A stretch of DNA of 64,000 nucleotides from Callorhinchus milii. Taxonomy: Eukaryota. A model generated the notes under the pieces. It worked only from the letters and a program-made list of their open reading frames with translations. It was not told where the DNA came from and did not search any database. Where the stretch lies: contig NW_024704743.1 in NCBI RefSeq assembly GCF_018977255.1, positions 26,662,001-26,726,000 of the forward strand, given 5' to 3'. How positions within the stretch are numbered: the first letter of the stretch is position 1; each line of letters opens with the position of its first letter. Position numbers and translations under genes: made by a program. This document shows positions 12,167-25,432 of this stretch, one piece after another.

Positions 12167-12272
12167 CACAACACAACAACAACAACAGCAACAAAATGAC
12201 ATTTATAGAGTGCCTTTCAAGTCGGGAGGATGTCCCAAAGCGCTGAACAGTCAGGTGTCGGGGCCCGAGCAT
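12167..12272 (-). mobile_element. L2 3' tail
   Basis: (caa)n aaatgacatttatagagtgcctttcaagtcgggaggatgtcccaaagcgctgaacagtc. Confidence 0.85.
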
Positions 12273-14049
12273 GGGTCTACGTTGTTCCACGTACCATCTA
12301 CCATGTAATGGGTCTGCGTTGTTCAAATACAGATGTGAAGATTATAAACTCCTACTCTATATCTAGTGTAGTTTTTCACCCACAAACTTTGCACTTTTCA
12401 GCTATTTTGTGTTCTTGAGCAAAAGAGAGCTTGACCCAGATATGCTGCTTTCCACTTCACTGTTGAACGTTTGTTTTGCAAAGCTTGAATAAGACCTTGG
12501 AAACAAAATCCACATCCTGAATATTGCAGAAAAAGAAGATTTGACCATTTCTTATTGATTGGTTTTCAGTGGTGACATGTACTCAATTTATTTGATAGTT
12601 TTTATTGCTGCAATCAAAGGTCATAACAATATTCAACAAATCAAATGTGGGAAACAGTGCAGAAGAAATAACACTTCACGTTGCCATCGCTGTGGCTTTA
12701 AACCTGAGCTTTGCTTAGATCCTTCCTGCTGGACCATGGAGTTCAAAGTGGCTTTTCAGCAAAGTGCTCCAAAAATGCCCTATTGAAACTACTTTAATTA
12801 TCACAATCCTTCCTGACATATCCAAGGCAATACCATAACTGCATTTTTTATTCAAGGAATTTTTAATAATGGAATTATTGATAGTGTCTCGAGTGTTGAT
12901 ATTGATCTGGGGTTTGATTTTATAATGCGTGCATTTATGCAAACACTTACGTTTTTATTGAAAACAATTACAGTATCTAGGTGTAAATTATTTCCAGACT
13001 CTTCAGAGATTAAGCACTTAATAAACATTATTCCTTTTCACTGTTCAAAGCAATTTCACACATTGAAACCAATATATGATGAACCAGTGGTGAATCCAAT
13101 GAAGTTTCAATCAATTGCATGTCTTTGCTATTATGATAAAATATTCTTGGCAGAAATCACTCAAATTTTGTAATGTTACATAATTTTCTCAGGTCATGAT
13201 CTATTTCTGTACAATTTTTATATATTTTTTAAAAATGTATTCATTTTTACAAATATATTTATTACAGTTAAACTGGTTTTGTTAGTAGACAGCAGTGTAC
13301 ATACATTACAGAAGATAACAAACTTTAATTTGTGTAAACAAACTATGTAAATGTTAAGAACATTTGCCTCCCTTCTCCCTTGCTCGTTTTTCAATCCAGC
13401 CACTATACAGATGCTACCCTGCATGAAGTGTTCCATATGAATGTAGGTTGTCTTTGTTGTCTGGATCTTTAGAATAGCAAACGAAACCAATTGTAAAGTA
13501 GGATAACATTAGCAAAGAATCAATGAGCAACGATTTATGTATGGGTCTGAAGACTGGTTTCCGAGATGGGTCACTGATACAAGTTTCCACTGTTCAAATT
13601 GCAACTCTGTCAAATAAACCCAGCACAGTGGAAAACAAGTGGGAAATATCGCCTGCAGAATCTCACTCTTGTAATGATACATTGAGTGTGCTGCATGGAT
13701 TGTGATTTCCCAACTTCCTTGGGTGAAGGGCAGTGAATCTCACATTTCAATGCACTTCCTAGGGATCTGACTCAGAAGAAACTGGAGTATAGGGCCTTTG
13801 ACTCATAGTGATTGATTTGCAGGAAGTGAAGGGGTGGAAGGGATTCCCCAAGTAGAGTCTGAAGCTGAACTGGGAAAGTGAGCTAGAAATTGGACAGGAC
13901 GATACATACTGAACTCAAAGAATGGCTGGCATTGTTCAGAAAATTACAGGTGACGGACAAAGCATTGCAGTTAGAAAGTGATTGTTGGGGGAGAATTACA
14001 GGGTGAAAATATGATGTTTGGTAACACATTTCATGTTTATGAAATACAT

Positions 14050-14230
14050 TATAGAATCATAGAAAATTACAGCACAGAAGGAGGTTATTCAGCTCACTGA
14101 GTCTATACCGGCTCTCAGAGCTGTTCATTCAATCCCACTGCCAGACCTTTTCAAATCTCTAACTTTATTTCACTCTTGAAACCCACCTTTTCAAGGCATT
14201 CCACATCCTAACAATTCTTATGTAAAAAGA
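14050..14230 (-). mobile_element. CR1 3' tail
   Basis: atagaatcatagaa octamer-type terminal repeat followed by acagcacagaaggagg. Confidence 0.7.
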
Positions 14231-14334
14231 AAATACTAGTTTCACAAGCAGTGTGGTTCACAGCTCTGCAGTACAATTGAGGTGAATGAGAATCTCACTA
14301 GGCTCGCAATCCTCATCCCTGTCAGAATATTTTT

Positions 14335-14400
14335 TCAGCGCCTTGGGACGTCCTCCCGACGTGAAAGGCGCTATACAAATGTAATCTTGTTGTTGTTGTT
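14335..14400 (+). mobile_element. Young L2 3' tail
   Basis: cagcgccttgggacgtcctcccgacgtgaaaggcgctatacaaatgtaatc(ttg)n with CpGs retained. Confidence 0.85.
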
Positions 14401-14719
14401 ATAATAATAATAATCCTTGCATTTGATATAGCGCTTTTCATGTCTTCTAGACGTCTCAAAGTGCTTCACATAGAATATACTATAAACTGAATTGACTGTA
14501 TACATTTGTGGGCAAACCGCGGCAGCCAATTGCGCACAGCAGTGTCCCACAAACAGTAATGGATTGAAGTGACCAATTTTATTATTGTTTTATCTTCTTG
14601 AGGGATTATTATCAGGCGTGTGGAGTAAGGAAACTTGCCCAAGATTTCACCCTGCTGGGAATGAAACCCAGATCTCTCGCTTGTGAGGTGAGTGCTCTAA
14701 CCACTAAGCTACAGGACTC
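14401..14719 (-). mobile_element. SINE2-1_CM-like SINE with internal deletion
   Basis: Tail, body and tRNA head (gctctaaccactaagctacaggactc) present; part of the central domain is missing. Confidence 0.9.
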
Positions 14720-15761
14720 TACATGTTTGAACGTCTCACACACCATTAAAAGCCTTCAATAGACTGTTTTTTAAAGCTCTGAAAGAGATGGTTGCACAAC
14801 GGAATTTTTAATAACATTAAAAAACAAACACCAGATTTGGCAACAAGCAAAACATAATACCAGATTGTTCATTTAAAACACAATGTAACTTGGAGAGGGA
14901 GGACAAAATCAAGCTTTCTAAATGTGCACAACAATGTAATATATCTAAGGGGCAGTGCAACACTGAGGCAATTTGAGCTTGGCAATTTTTAACTGTAGTT
15001 TAGATTTCCATTCATTTGCACTGATTTACTAAGGTTTCGAAGTAAAGTTCAACTGCAATACATTTTTTATGAATCGACCATAAAAAATGTAAATGGCCAC
15101 AAGAGCAATTGCGTTATTGGCTGGCTATTACACTTGTGGTGAAGCGAGACTGTAACAGATTGAGAACTGGCAGTTCACATCACTTCAGCATAATTAGCAA
15201 CAGAGCTTTAAATTGCAAGGCAAAACATCAAAAGGCACACGAACATTCAGAAAAAGTAAATTTTTTTAAAAAACCTCAACAAAATCACATTAGAAAAATA
15301 AATTTGACTTTACTAAGGTTTCCTGACTAGATTCATTGAACAAACCCAGCTCTTGGCTTTTTCTGAGTAAGTTATCATCTACTGTTGGTTAATGAGAAAT
15401 GGTGGGGAGGGGATATACAGTGTGCGATGTGACAATTATGACTAGGATAGGAACTGCAATTAAAACATATCCTTCAAACGGGTCCTTAATAATAGATTTG
15501 AGGCTGAACCTTTATCCCACACATCACTGCTGAAGAGCGAAGGATTCAGAATTAAAAAGCTAACTTGTTTATTTTCAATTAGCATCACAAAGAACCTTGA
15601 GGGAGAAATTTCACAATTTTACTCTATTATGTAGCATCTTTGAGCATTCAGAGTTTGGTAAATTGTTGAATTGTCATCACTTTTAAGTAACTTTTCTGTA
15701 GTCTTTCAAAGATAGAGAATTGGACTCAACGTTGAAGCTATAAGAATTTACCAAATGTTGG

Positions 15762-16040
15762 ATAATAACAATCCTTGCATTTGATATAACACCTTATCAT
15801 ATCTTCGAGACGTCTCAAAGCTCTTTGAGGAATATATTGTAAAGTGAAGTTGACTGTATATTTTGTGAGCAAAACGCGGCAGCCAATTGCACACAGCAGT
15901 GTCCCACAAACAGTTGCGGATTGAGTGTCCAATTTTTTAAATTCATTTTTTAATATTATTATATTATTTATTTTTTATATTATTATCCCAGAAAAGCGAT
16001 CCGCCAATCGACTAACCATTGGGTTCCTACTTACTGCTAG
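15762..16040 (-). mobile_element. SINE2-1_CM-like SINE, 5'-truncated
   Basis: Tail plus gaaaagcgatccgccaatcgactaac...gggttcctacttactgct. Confidence 0.9.
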
Positions 16041-16339
16041 ATTAAAACTAGAGCAATTGAGACCAGGTGGAATTTTGCATCATTTATTTCAGATCTCAGA
16101 GCAGGGATGTGAGTGTGTGATCCATCAAAGTACAGATCCACATCCAAAACATACGGATTGAAAAAGTATCCATTTATTCTATGCAGCATTCAATAGCAAA
16201 ATAAGATATCATCTGTTTCCAAATTCACAAAAATCACAAGTCTCTTGCTCTTGTATTGAGGTTGCCCAATTCACCTCTTGCTCTGTCTGTGTTTGATTAG
16301 AAAAACCTTCTGTCTTTCCAACCCAAGTTCCTTATCCCA

Positions 16340-16570
16340 GGTCCATCTTTACTTGGGAGAACTTTCAATTCCTCCACTTTGTTCCCTCCCTGCCCATCTT
16401 CAGGTTGCATCTAAAAACCTTCTCTTTGACCATGCCTATGGTCACCTCCTTATCTCCCAGATCAAGCTCTGCCATTGTTAAGTGCTCCAAGAGACTGCGG
16501 TATACTATACAATACAAAATTACATTTGTAAAGCGCCTTTCACGTCTTACACAAATGTAAGTTGTTCTTG
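16340..16570 (+). mobile_element. Old L2 3' fragment
   Basis: ctaaaaaccttctctttgaccatgcctatggtcacc...caaatgtaagttgtt; a short opposite-strand tail is nested near 16500-16550. Confidence 0.55.
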
Positions 16571-17394
16571 CTCTAGCTTCTGACTTTCCAACCCCAGCCG
16601 ATTGACTCGGGTCACTTCTTTAGGTTTAATATTTACAAATCCTTTGCAAATCCTAGATTTTAGACCCTAGTATAGGATTTTTGATGAATTGCTGGAACAC
16701 ATATCATCTAAGTACAGCTTATTGGACCCAGCATTCTAAAAAAGCCAATCAAACAATTACACTTTTCTCTGTCCAGCTGTCTTCCAAGATTCCTCATAAG
16801 ATAGATGAGTCAAACAGCTTTTCTAAACAGTGCTTTGGGCATCTACTGAAAAACAACAGACTTTTTGCATTGAACTATGTCACCAAAATAATGTAGCATG
16901 TGAAAGGTGCAAGGTATTTATAGTAACTGGCAATTTCACACCCACAGTTTTAATCATTTGGGATCCCTTCAAGTCAGTTGATGTTAATTCAGCCAAAATC
17001 TCCTGCTGCACTTCCATACCCCAGGCTATGGGTAAAAATAACACATTGCTAATGTCAGTTGGATCTGTCCTGTTATTATTATTATGGATTCAACTGGTGC
17101 TAATGCTTAGGCTTTAGAGGTAGTGCAGAGGAGATCAAGAGGAATGAGCTGACCTCTAGGATAAGCTCCAGGACACCACCCTGCGTGAAGGTCACTATAT
17201 AAATGCAAGTAGTTAGAATCATAGACTCATAGAATTATACAGCACAGAAGGAGGCCATAGTTGTTGTTGGATGAGGTAGAACTAGATAAGCAAAGTGTTT
17301 TCAGGCTTGTAAAAAGCCATCTCAACAGGAACATTATGGAGGTATATAAATCACAAGATCACAACATTAATTTGGATGAAGATTAAAAATAAAA

Positions 17395-17576
17395 ATAATA
17401 ATAATTTGGTCACTCAATCCACGACTGTTTGTGGGACACTGCTGCGTGCAATTAGCTGCAGTGTTTTGCCCACAAAATATACATTCAATTCAGTTTACAT
17501 TATATTCTGTGAAGCGCTTTGAGTTATCTCAAAGAAATGATATGGCACTATATCAAATGCAAGGATTATTATTATA
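17395..17576 (+). mobile_element. SINE2-1_CM-like SINE, 3' half
   Basis: ggtcactcaatccacgactgtttgtgggacactgc...atcaaatgcaaggattattatt. Confidence 0.9.
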
Positions 17577-17679
17577 AAGCCCTTCGATCTATCTGGTCTC
17601 ATCCCTTGAAAACACCTAGCATAATGACACCCCACCCACCCCATCACAGTATCAAGATGACTTTAAATGAATCCAGTCC

Positions 17680-18320
17680 ATACTTCCTGGAAACCTGTGT
17701 TTCAGTGTTTAATTATCCTCTGATAAAAGAAAAATATCCTGGTGTCTGTCTTGAAATTGCCCTTTACAACTCTAAATCTATGCCCCCTTATTCTATTGTC
17801 TTGTCTTATCCCAATTTGGATTTACTATTTTAATCCCAATTAAAATTTTATACTCCTCTATGAGGTCCCCTCTGAGTCATTTTCTTTCAAGACTGAAGAG
17901 TCCTAGCTTGTCTAACTGTTGTTCATAACTCATTCGACTAACACTGGGGATCATCCTCATTGCTGCTAAATGGAATTGAGGGAGTAATCCCCAAACATTA
18001 TGTTAAGAAACATCAAAACATAAGGACAAGAGACCACAGATTCATGGCAATTCCAGGTCACAGGGAAGTATGTGGAACCATAGATATGTACGGCACAATA
18101 AGAAGATATTCAACTAATTATAATAGTACAGGTAACTGTACATCTTTACACATAGAGTAATGATGGCAGGACCGGATTACTAGGAAGAGTGGTTGAGGCC
18201 AGAATGTTTGGCCCATTTAAAAAATAGCTTATGCTGTGATGGGAAGATAGTAATTTGGGTATTTTACAAGGATGAGGTCTAATGCCCTGAAAGATCTTTT
18301 TCATCCAATCTCTCATGTTT
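17680..18320. mobile_element. Two old CR1 3' fragments in opposite orientations (about 17680-17965 minus, 17985-18320 plus)
   Basis: Minus strand: actaggactcttcagtcttgaaagaaaatgactcagaggggacctcatagaggagtataaaat (LFSLE..LRGDLIE-type). Plus strand: ataaggacaagagaccacagattc...gtggttgaggcc. Confidence 0.55.
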
Positions 18321-19949
18321 TTGTGAAGAAACTGATTGCTATATTCCTGAGTTAAACTTGTAACAAAAAATATGACTGGGTGATAATAATTCTAATGATT
18401 CTGTATTGAGTGAATGTATTCTGTTGTGAACAACTGCTTCTTCTACCGAGTACTGTAAAATCCTAGTAAGATGCTTGGCTGATTTTCCCAATGTGATATT
18501 TTCCATTTCATTTTCCACATTAAACCCACATGGGTTCCCTGAACAAAATACTGAATCGGAAGAAACAATTGCCAAATTTGAGAGTGGTTTTGGTGTCCCG
18601 ACTGGTAACCAAAGTCATTTCACTTTAGAGTCTTAACAACTGTTTTACAGAGGATACAGTCATTCCTATTTGAACTGTAGGAACTGAACTGCAAGCTCAG
18701 AAATAAAACACAGTTCTGACACTCAGCTAAGTTCAATGTCTCATATACTTACTCTTTTTAAAGAACCGACCTCTAATTATGTAATAACAGCCTGGACTTC
18801 ATAATGCATCACTGAGTCACTTATAACAATGATATTTTTGCTGACATTGCCATAAGGAGCTGTCAGTTTATAGAATTCATCACCCAATGTGTTGTCACTT
18901 GATAACATGTCTGTGAAATGCCACATACCTGCCTGCATGCCTACAAGGGCAACCTGCAAAACATATCAGAACACAGTAGTCATTTCTTAATATTCAGCAA
19001 TTCATAAGGAAAGTTCCTTACTTGCAATAAATAACAATGTATATTTATAATTCAAATCTTGCAAAATGTAAAAGAAACAATAGGATCATTTTTATTGGGA
19101 CCAAAAGCAGAAACATCGAGGGACATTTAGATGGTATTAGATAAACTGGTTAGAAAAAAAATAGGAACAGGACAGGAAGATGGTGACAATGCATTTCATG
19201 CTGAGCTGTATTGCCCACATCCACTGAGTAAGGACTCAAACCCACACTTGTCTGATGACATATGACCAACCAGTGACTATCCTCCTTTGAGGTGGAGGTA
19301 AGCCAGGGTCTTCTTGGAGCTGAACTGGCTCCAAGGTGACATGTTTAGCAATGGAATGTAGGAATCGAGCCAGCCCCTATAGTGGCCTCAATCGTCCAGT
19401 TGGTTCAACTGCACCCAGCCTCCAACCTTTCTTCTGGCTATTCCCATTTTATCGGCAACAATTAAGCCCATATATTTCAATGCATTTGCTACTCTGCCAA
19501 TAGTGAGCTTGTGTGCTTCTTTCTACCACCAGAGTCAAGTTCCTGAGATATGTGTCCTCAATACAGTCTTTTACTCAGTCCTCACTGTAAAATAGGAGAG
19601 GTTGAGAGCAATTTTAAGAAATTAATTATAAGTTTTGCAATGTGAAACCTGGTGCTTTTTTATTGTGTTTGCTTTCTTGTAAGGGGCACATATTGTGAAA
19701 GATTGTTTGTGGCTTAATATCTTTAGTTGGAAATGGAAAAGCTGCACTTTGTGGTGCATGTACTATCGAGAAAGATCAGTGTTTACACAGAGAAATACAT
19801 TTTCACTGACCTGTTCTTAGTTTGGGCAAAAATATTGTAATTTTTGGTTGGGCTTTTTTTGCTAACTAGGTATCTGACACTTGTGAAAAGCCATTACTTT
19901 TCTTAAAACAGTTCTCTGACAAATTGCATATTCTGTTTTTCTGTATGGA

Positions 19950-20330
19950 ATGTTCACTCTCTCCCCTGAGGGCTACCTTCTGCTTACTTAATCCTGGAGA
20001 GTTTGTGTTAGCCAAAGCCAAGGCTGGGAGATCCTAGAGTCTGCTGGAGGGTACAGCTGGAGTTTAACCAGATAGAGCAGCGCAGCTTGCCGTTATGAAC
20101 ACTTACAAGTTTCTTACTGCTGGTCCAGCTAGGATTACCTCACATTAGGACTTTGGCTTGCAGAGTTAACAGGCACCAAGTGGGAAGAATCTGAACCCAC
20201 AGTGATTGGTCTGCTTGAAGTCCCATTAAGCCAAGTTGGCTGATGTATCATCAACAATTTCTTAGCAATGGCTTGGAGTATGGCAGACCTACCTGGCTCA
20301 AGTACTGGACTACCAGCTACGGAGAATTGA
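19950..20330 (+). repeat. Unclassified dispersed repeat (family X), near-complete copy
   Basis: Co-linear with 39800-40135, 23570-23712 and 56960-57085. Confidence 0.7.
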
Positions 20331-20619
20331 TTTGATTCCGATCTTCTACTGCAGGTATATAGTTTTCCCTCATTAAATATCACCAACCTAAGAATGATGG
20401 CCATTCAAACCAAAGTCCTAGAACAATATGATCTAACCTGAGTATTCTAGCCAGAACACAACTCCTTCAGGTGTCATTCACAGAAAACATGTTCACATTT
20501 ATTTTGGATAAACAATTTATTCCTTTATTGTCTGTTGGTGCAAATTTTGCCTATTTCAGGAATTTCTCAGGAACCTCACTAAGCCAGTCAGGAACCTGGA
20601 TATTTTGTTTGGCCATGAA

Positions 20620-21062
20620 CTGTCCTTTCTCCCCCACATCCGCGCATGACCGGCACTGCCGAAACCCTCACTCACGTATTTGTCACATCAAGGCTCAATT
20701 ACGGGAACTCCCTCCTCATCGGCCTTCCAAACTCTTCCCTTCAGCGGGCTCCAGTCTGCTCCATGTCTCCTGCCCGACCCACCCTACCATCGGTGCCCGA
20801 GCTTTCAGCCTCTCTGCACCCACACTCTGGAACTCCATCCATGGTCCCTTCACCTCACTTCCTCCCTCACTTCCTCCCTTGCCTCCTTCAAGGCCGGTCT
20901 CAAGACCCTTCTCTTCGACCGTGCCTTTGGTCGCTCTCCCACCTCTCTGTCTTCCCTCACCCCTACCCTCCCCATGCTCGGGCCCCAACAACTGACTGTT
21001 CAGTGCCTTGGGACATCCTCCCAACATGAAAGGTGTTCTATAAATCTTTGCTCTTTTGTTGT
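20620..21062 (+). mobile_element. L2 3' end with internal deletion
   Basis: Peptides AETLTHVFVTSRLNYGNSLLIGLP and GARAFSLSAPTLWNS; L2 tail present. Confidence 0.9.
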
Positions 21063-21635
21063 AAGGGTACTTTTTATTCAATCTTTCTTATTTCTGCATA
21101 AGCAAATGTGCTTACGCAGAAATATTCTCCATCTCACACAGGTGAATCTAAAGGTTATTCTTCAGCGGAATAATGCTCTGGTTAGATTCTATCTGCTGAG
21201 ACTGCGTTTACAGGTGACAAACTACGCAGCTATCTGTTCCTCTTGATAACCTCCTTGATTCTTACTCAGATGCCAGCTATGCAAACGATCGGGAATGTTG
21301 TAACAACATTTAATGATAGTTTGTGTGTTGAAATGCAATGTACCTGTGGTATGCATGTTGGTAAACAGTGAGATAGAGTATGTTGCGAATTCAGCTCAAC
21401 TAAAGCTTTCAGCTGACCATTATTTAACATCTGCAAGTCAATACATCCTGGCTAAGTTACTTGTTAAAATGCATATCGTGTTACTCCTCTCGTTCTGGAT
21501 TAATTATGTGACACAAAACATATCCTGTTAGATCTAATGAGCAAAGTGCACTAAACTGTTTATGGAGAAGCAACATTTTGTCTTGCAGCAGGACAGCAGA
21601 GTAACTATCCGCAGGTTCTGATACTTTTAATTTAA

Positions 21636-21745
21636 CAATAATAATCCTTCCTTGCATTTGATCTAGCGCCTTATCACATTTTCGAGACATCTAAGAATGC
21701 TGCACAGAACATACTGTAAAGTGAATTGACTGTATATTTTGTGGG
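21636..21745 (-). mobile_element. SINE 3' tail
   Basis: ccttgcatttgatctagcgccttatcaca...gaattgactgtatattttgtggg. Confidence 0.85.
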
Positions 21746-22000
21746 TGAGTTTCACGTCCCAGATTCAGCCGAGTCCAATAACAAAATTTTCTGAATCCAG
21801 AGACCAAGACTGATCTGAAAGTTGTGGTATAAAGTCCAAATGCGAACAATCATTTCATGCTACAGTAAATAGGGGGTGCGTAGGGTGAAGGAGTCTATTA
21901 TGCAGTGCTATCAACCAAATGAATGTTGTGGAACAACAGTTGAATCATCTTTCATGAACTTTTATATGTTCACATTTGAGGAAGCATTAAGGTTTCAAAT

Positions 22001-22550
22001 CCAACAACAACAAATTACTTTTGTACAGCACCCTTCACATTGGAAAAATGTCCCAGGGCACTGGACAGTCAGGGTTTTTTGGAACCGAGCTGGAAGTTGG
22101 GGTCAGGAGAGGTAGAGGGCAGGGGGCGCAGGGGTGGAAAAGTGGCCGAAGGCACTGTCGAAGAAGAAGGTCTTTAGTCGGGATTTGAAGGAGGCAAGAG
22201 AGGGCGTGAGGCAGAGGGATTGCGGGATTGAGCTCCAGAGTCTGGGGGCAGATGCTGAATGCCTGACCACCAATGGTGGGGCAAGAAGAGCGGAGGACCT
22301 GAAGCAGGCCGGTGTCTGACGAGGGGAGAGAGCGGACAGGCTGATATGGGGTTAGGAGGTTGGTGAGGTAGGGGGAGCAAGACCACGGAGGGTTTTGAAG
22401 GTGAAAAAAGGGCTTCGTACTTAATTCTCTGAGGAATGGGGAGTCAGTGAAGCCGAGCTAGAACAAGGGTGCTTGGTTCGTGGAGCCTGGTGTGGGAGAG
22501 GACACGAGCTGCAGAGCTTTGAATAATCTGCAGTTTGTGGAGGGAAGAGT
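22001..22550 (-). mobile_element. L2 3' end
   Basis: (caa)n tail; reverse complement encodes LQIIQSSAARVLS and FKSRLKTFFFD. Confidence 0.85.
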
Positions 22551-22714
22551 TGGGAAGTTCATGGTACAGTCAAGTTAATTGCACAAGTGTTTTCTCTTTT
22601 CCAGGTTCCTTCCTCCCCCTGTTCTACAGAAACTTGTCAAAGCCTCTCCTCCAGCTCTCAGGTGAGAACTATTGCAATTGCCAAATTGTGGAGCATATTC
22701 CAATAATGCAACCT

Positions 22715-22940
22715 ACTTTAAAGATCCTGTAGTACTGTTTGAAAAGAGAAGGGAGTTTATCCTGCTGTCCCATATACTGATGAAACTGTCTTGGAGTCAT
22801 TGCTGTTGCAAATTGGCTGCTATGTTTGCCTATAAAATACATACAGTCTCACCATCTCCCAGTATTTCCTGTGAAGTGCTTTAGACATCTCTTTGAGACA
22901 TGAAAAGGTGCTGCATTAAATGCAAATGTTATTATTGTTA
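22715..22940 (+). mobile_element. Old DeuSINE (SacSINE1-like) 3' part
   Basis: taaagatcctgtagtactgtttgaaaagagaagggagtt...aattggctgctatgtttgcc...aaatgcaaat. Confidence 0.65.
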
Positions 22941-23569
22941 TTTTATTTCTTTTTCCCCCACACAAACCTTTGGGACAGTAGATTCTCTCAAGTGGAAGAT
23001 CGTGCATTCCTGATAGGAGTTAGGCACTGAAATATTTCCTCTGGATGTTTAATGAATGATAGCCCTTACTATTTTAAATAATGTTAAGTCAACTTTGCTC
23101 ACACAAATGGTGGTGCATGTGAAATTGAAGTCTTCCTCGATTTTTGATGACTGTGAAACCTTTTAAAACAATTGTTCGCTCAACTTATTACTCTTTCAAA
23201 GCCTTTACCAAGCCTTTAACAAGGTTGAAAACTCAACTTGTTTTTGATAAACCTGAGTGTTACTTTGGATGTAGAGCAAAATCATTGTTTAGAGCTCATG
23301 CCTGATATTCGTCAATTGTTTACATACCTGCAGATCTTGAAACTTTCTGACACATTTTGTTTCTTCCTTGGCCAAATATGATTGTAGTTCATCACTCATT
23401 GTGCTTGTTAAAAGCAGCACCCACTCTTTCTAGTGTCTTTCTCCCAAATTATTTTTGTTTGGTCCACCGACAAAATCTGACAAATATGGAAAACCCTCAT
23501 CATGTTTAGGAGTATCCATTCCAAACTAAGAGTTCCATGCATATGGAAATATCCTTATGTCTGGAATGG

Positions 23570-23712
23570 AATGCGGACTGTCTACTTGGAGCAATGCATC
23601 CTGTTTTACTTAATTTCAGAGAGTATTAGGCACAGGTTGGTAAAAGCCAAGGCTTGGGGATCCTGGAGGGTACGTTGGTGTACTGCTGGAGTCTAACCAG
23701 CTAAAACCACAT
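23570..23712 (+). repeat. Unclassified dispersed repeat (family X), 5' part
   Basis: ttacttaatttcagagagtattaggcacagg...ccaaggcttggggatcc matches 39843-39900. Confidence 0.7.
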
Positions 23713-24509
23713 CATGTGATCTCAAATGATCTAGACAGTGTTTCTGTAATGTGATGGATTTCCTAATGTGTTACTAAACAGCTAGATTTGTTGTTTTTAA
23801 CACTTAATTGTAAAATTCTAAGATAAATTATTCAATAAATTAGCCAGATATGTGGCTGTTTAGCTAGACTTAATCTTTCACTTCGAAGAATACAACGAAT
23901 TCTTGGGGACATTCAATGGTTGATCAAGCCCTGATTTTCCAACAAACACAGTTCATATTGTAAAGTTCAACCAGTCTCATAAATCAAAAGCTGAAGGCAT
24001 TTCTGTCAGGTTCAACAGAAGGTAAATCTGTTGCTGCATTTATGGATCAGTGGAGAAGATGTCGTTGCAAAATGCTGGAAGATGAAGACTAATTTAGGAA
24101 AGAAATGAAATGATGAGCTCAGTTGTACAAAAGTTACAAAACAAAATAGAGCTCTGCATCAGTTGTGACCTGCTGGATTCAAGGCAAAACTGTATGTTTT
24201 TGTTTTATATTTGAAATATAATAGGATTTACCAAAGTTTTTTTAATCCCCTTTTCTTAGTGTGACTGTTTAACAGATCAGTTTGAATGAGATAGATAATT
24301 AAAATACAAAAAATAATCACTGCATTCGGCATTAATTACCTGTAGAGCACGACCAGATGTTTCAAAGTTACAACCCTTTCTTCTTCCTAATAACTGGACT
24401 AAAGTTACAAGAGATGAGGACACAGTATCTTTGGCTATTTGATAAGGGAACATCATAGATATGTTTTATCCTAACCGAGATTCACTGAAGAGTCTCACCA
24501 AGATATGGT

Positions 24510-24790
24510 CAAGATTGCGCCGATCTTCGGATGAGAAATTAAATTGAGGTGCTGCTGTCTGTTCATGTAGATGGTGAAGATCCCATGGCACTACTCAAAA
24601 AGAGAAAGGCATTTCTCCTGGTGTCTTGGACAACAATCCACCAAATAAAATTGGTCACTCACTCCATGACTGTCGCATTTCATCCAAAAAATACACAGTC
24701 AATCCACTTTACGATATATCCTGTGAGGCACTTTGAGAATTCCCGACACTGTGATAAGGTGCTATATCATATGCAAGGATTATTATTAAT
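24510..24790 (+). mobile_element. Old DeuSINE fragment
   Basis: Deu-domain motif gaagatcccatggcactactc...tctcctggtgtcttggacaaca plus tail. Confidence 0.7.
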
Positions 24791-25002
24791 ATTAAAGTAA
24801 GAGTCATTGGATAGTAAATAATGAATAGTAGACTAATCTCCCTAAACTTGCTGATCCTCTTGTTTATATGCTGTGAAACCCTACAATATGCAGACTCCCA
24901 TAACTCTCAATGCTGGTGGCAAACGACTGCATCCCATGCTGGAGTGGAGGATCTTCCGCCAACAACAAATATGTGTTGGATATCAGATGTTGGATAGTGG
25001 TT

Positions 25003-25432
25003 TAAGCCTGGCTCAGTTAGTAGCACTCTCGCCTCTGAATCAGAAGGTTGTGGGTTCAAGCCCATATTGGGAAATGACAGTCGACGCTTACACTCTAATG
25101 CAGTGTTGGGGGAGTGCTCATTGTCAGAGGTGGCATCCTTCGGTAAGACATTAAATCACAGTCCCGTCTTTCTGTCACAGCGGACCCTAAAGTTTCCATG
25201 TCGCAACATGACAAGAGAAGGGATTTTCTTGCGGTGTCTTGGCCAACAACCCTTAGTGTAAAACTGAATATTCAATTCATGGCTGTTTGTGGGACATTGC
25301 TGTGTGCAAATTGGCTGTGATGTATGTCTACAAAGTACACAGTCAAAGCAATTCACAGTAACTTCCTGTGAAATGCTTTCAAACACCTCAACAACAGATA
25401 AGGTGCTAGATCAAATACAAGGATTATTATAT
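25003..25432 (+). mobile_element. Full-length old DeuSINE (SacSINE1-like)
   Basis: tRNA head ggctcagttagtagcactctcgcctctgaatcagaaggttgtgggttcaagccc, Deu-domain, L2-type tail. Confidence 0.8.
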
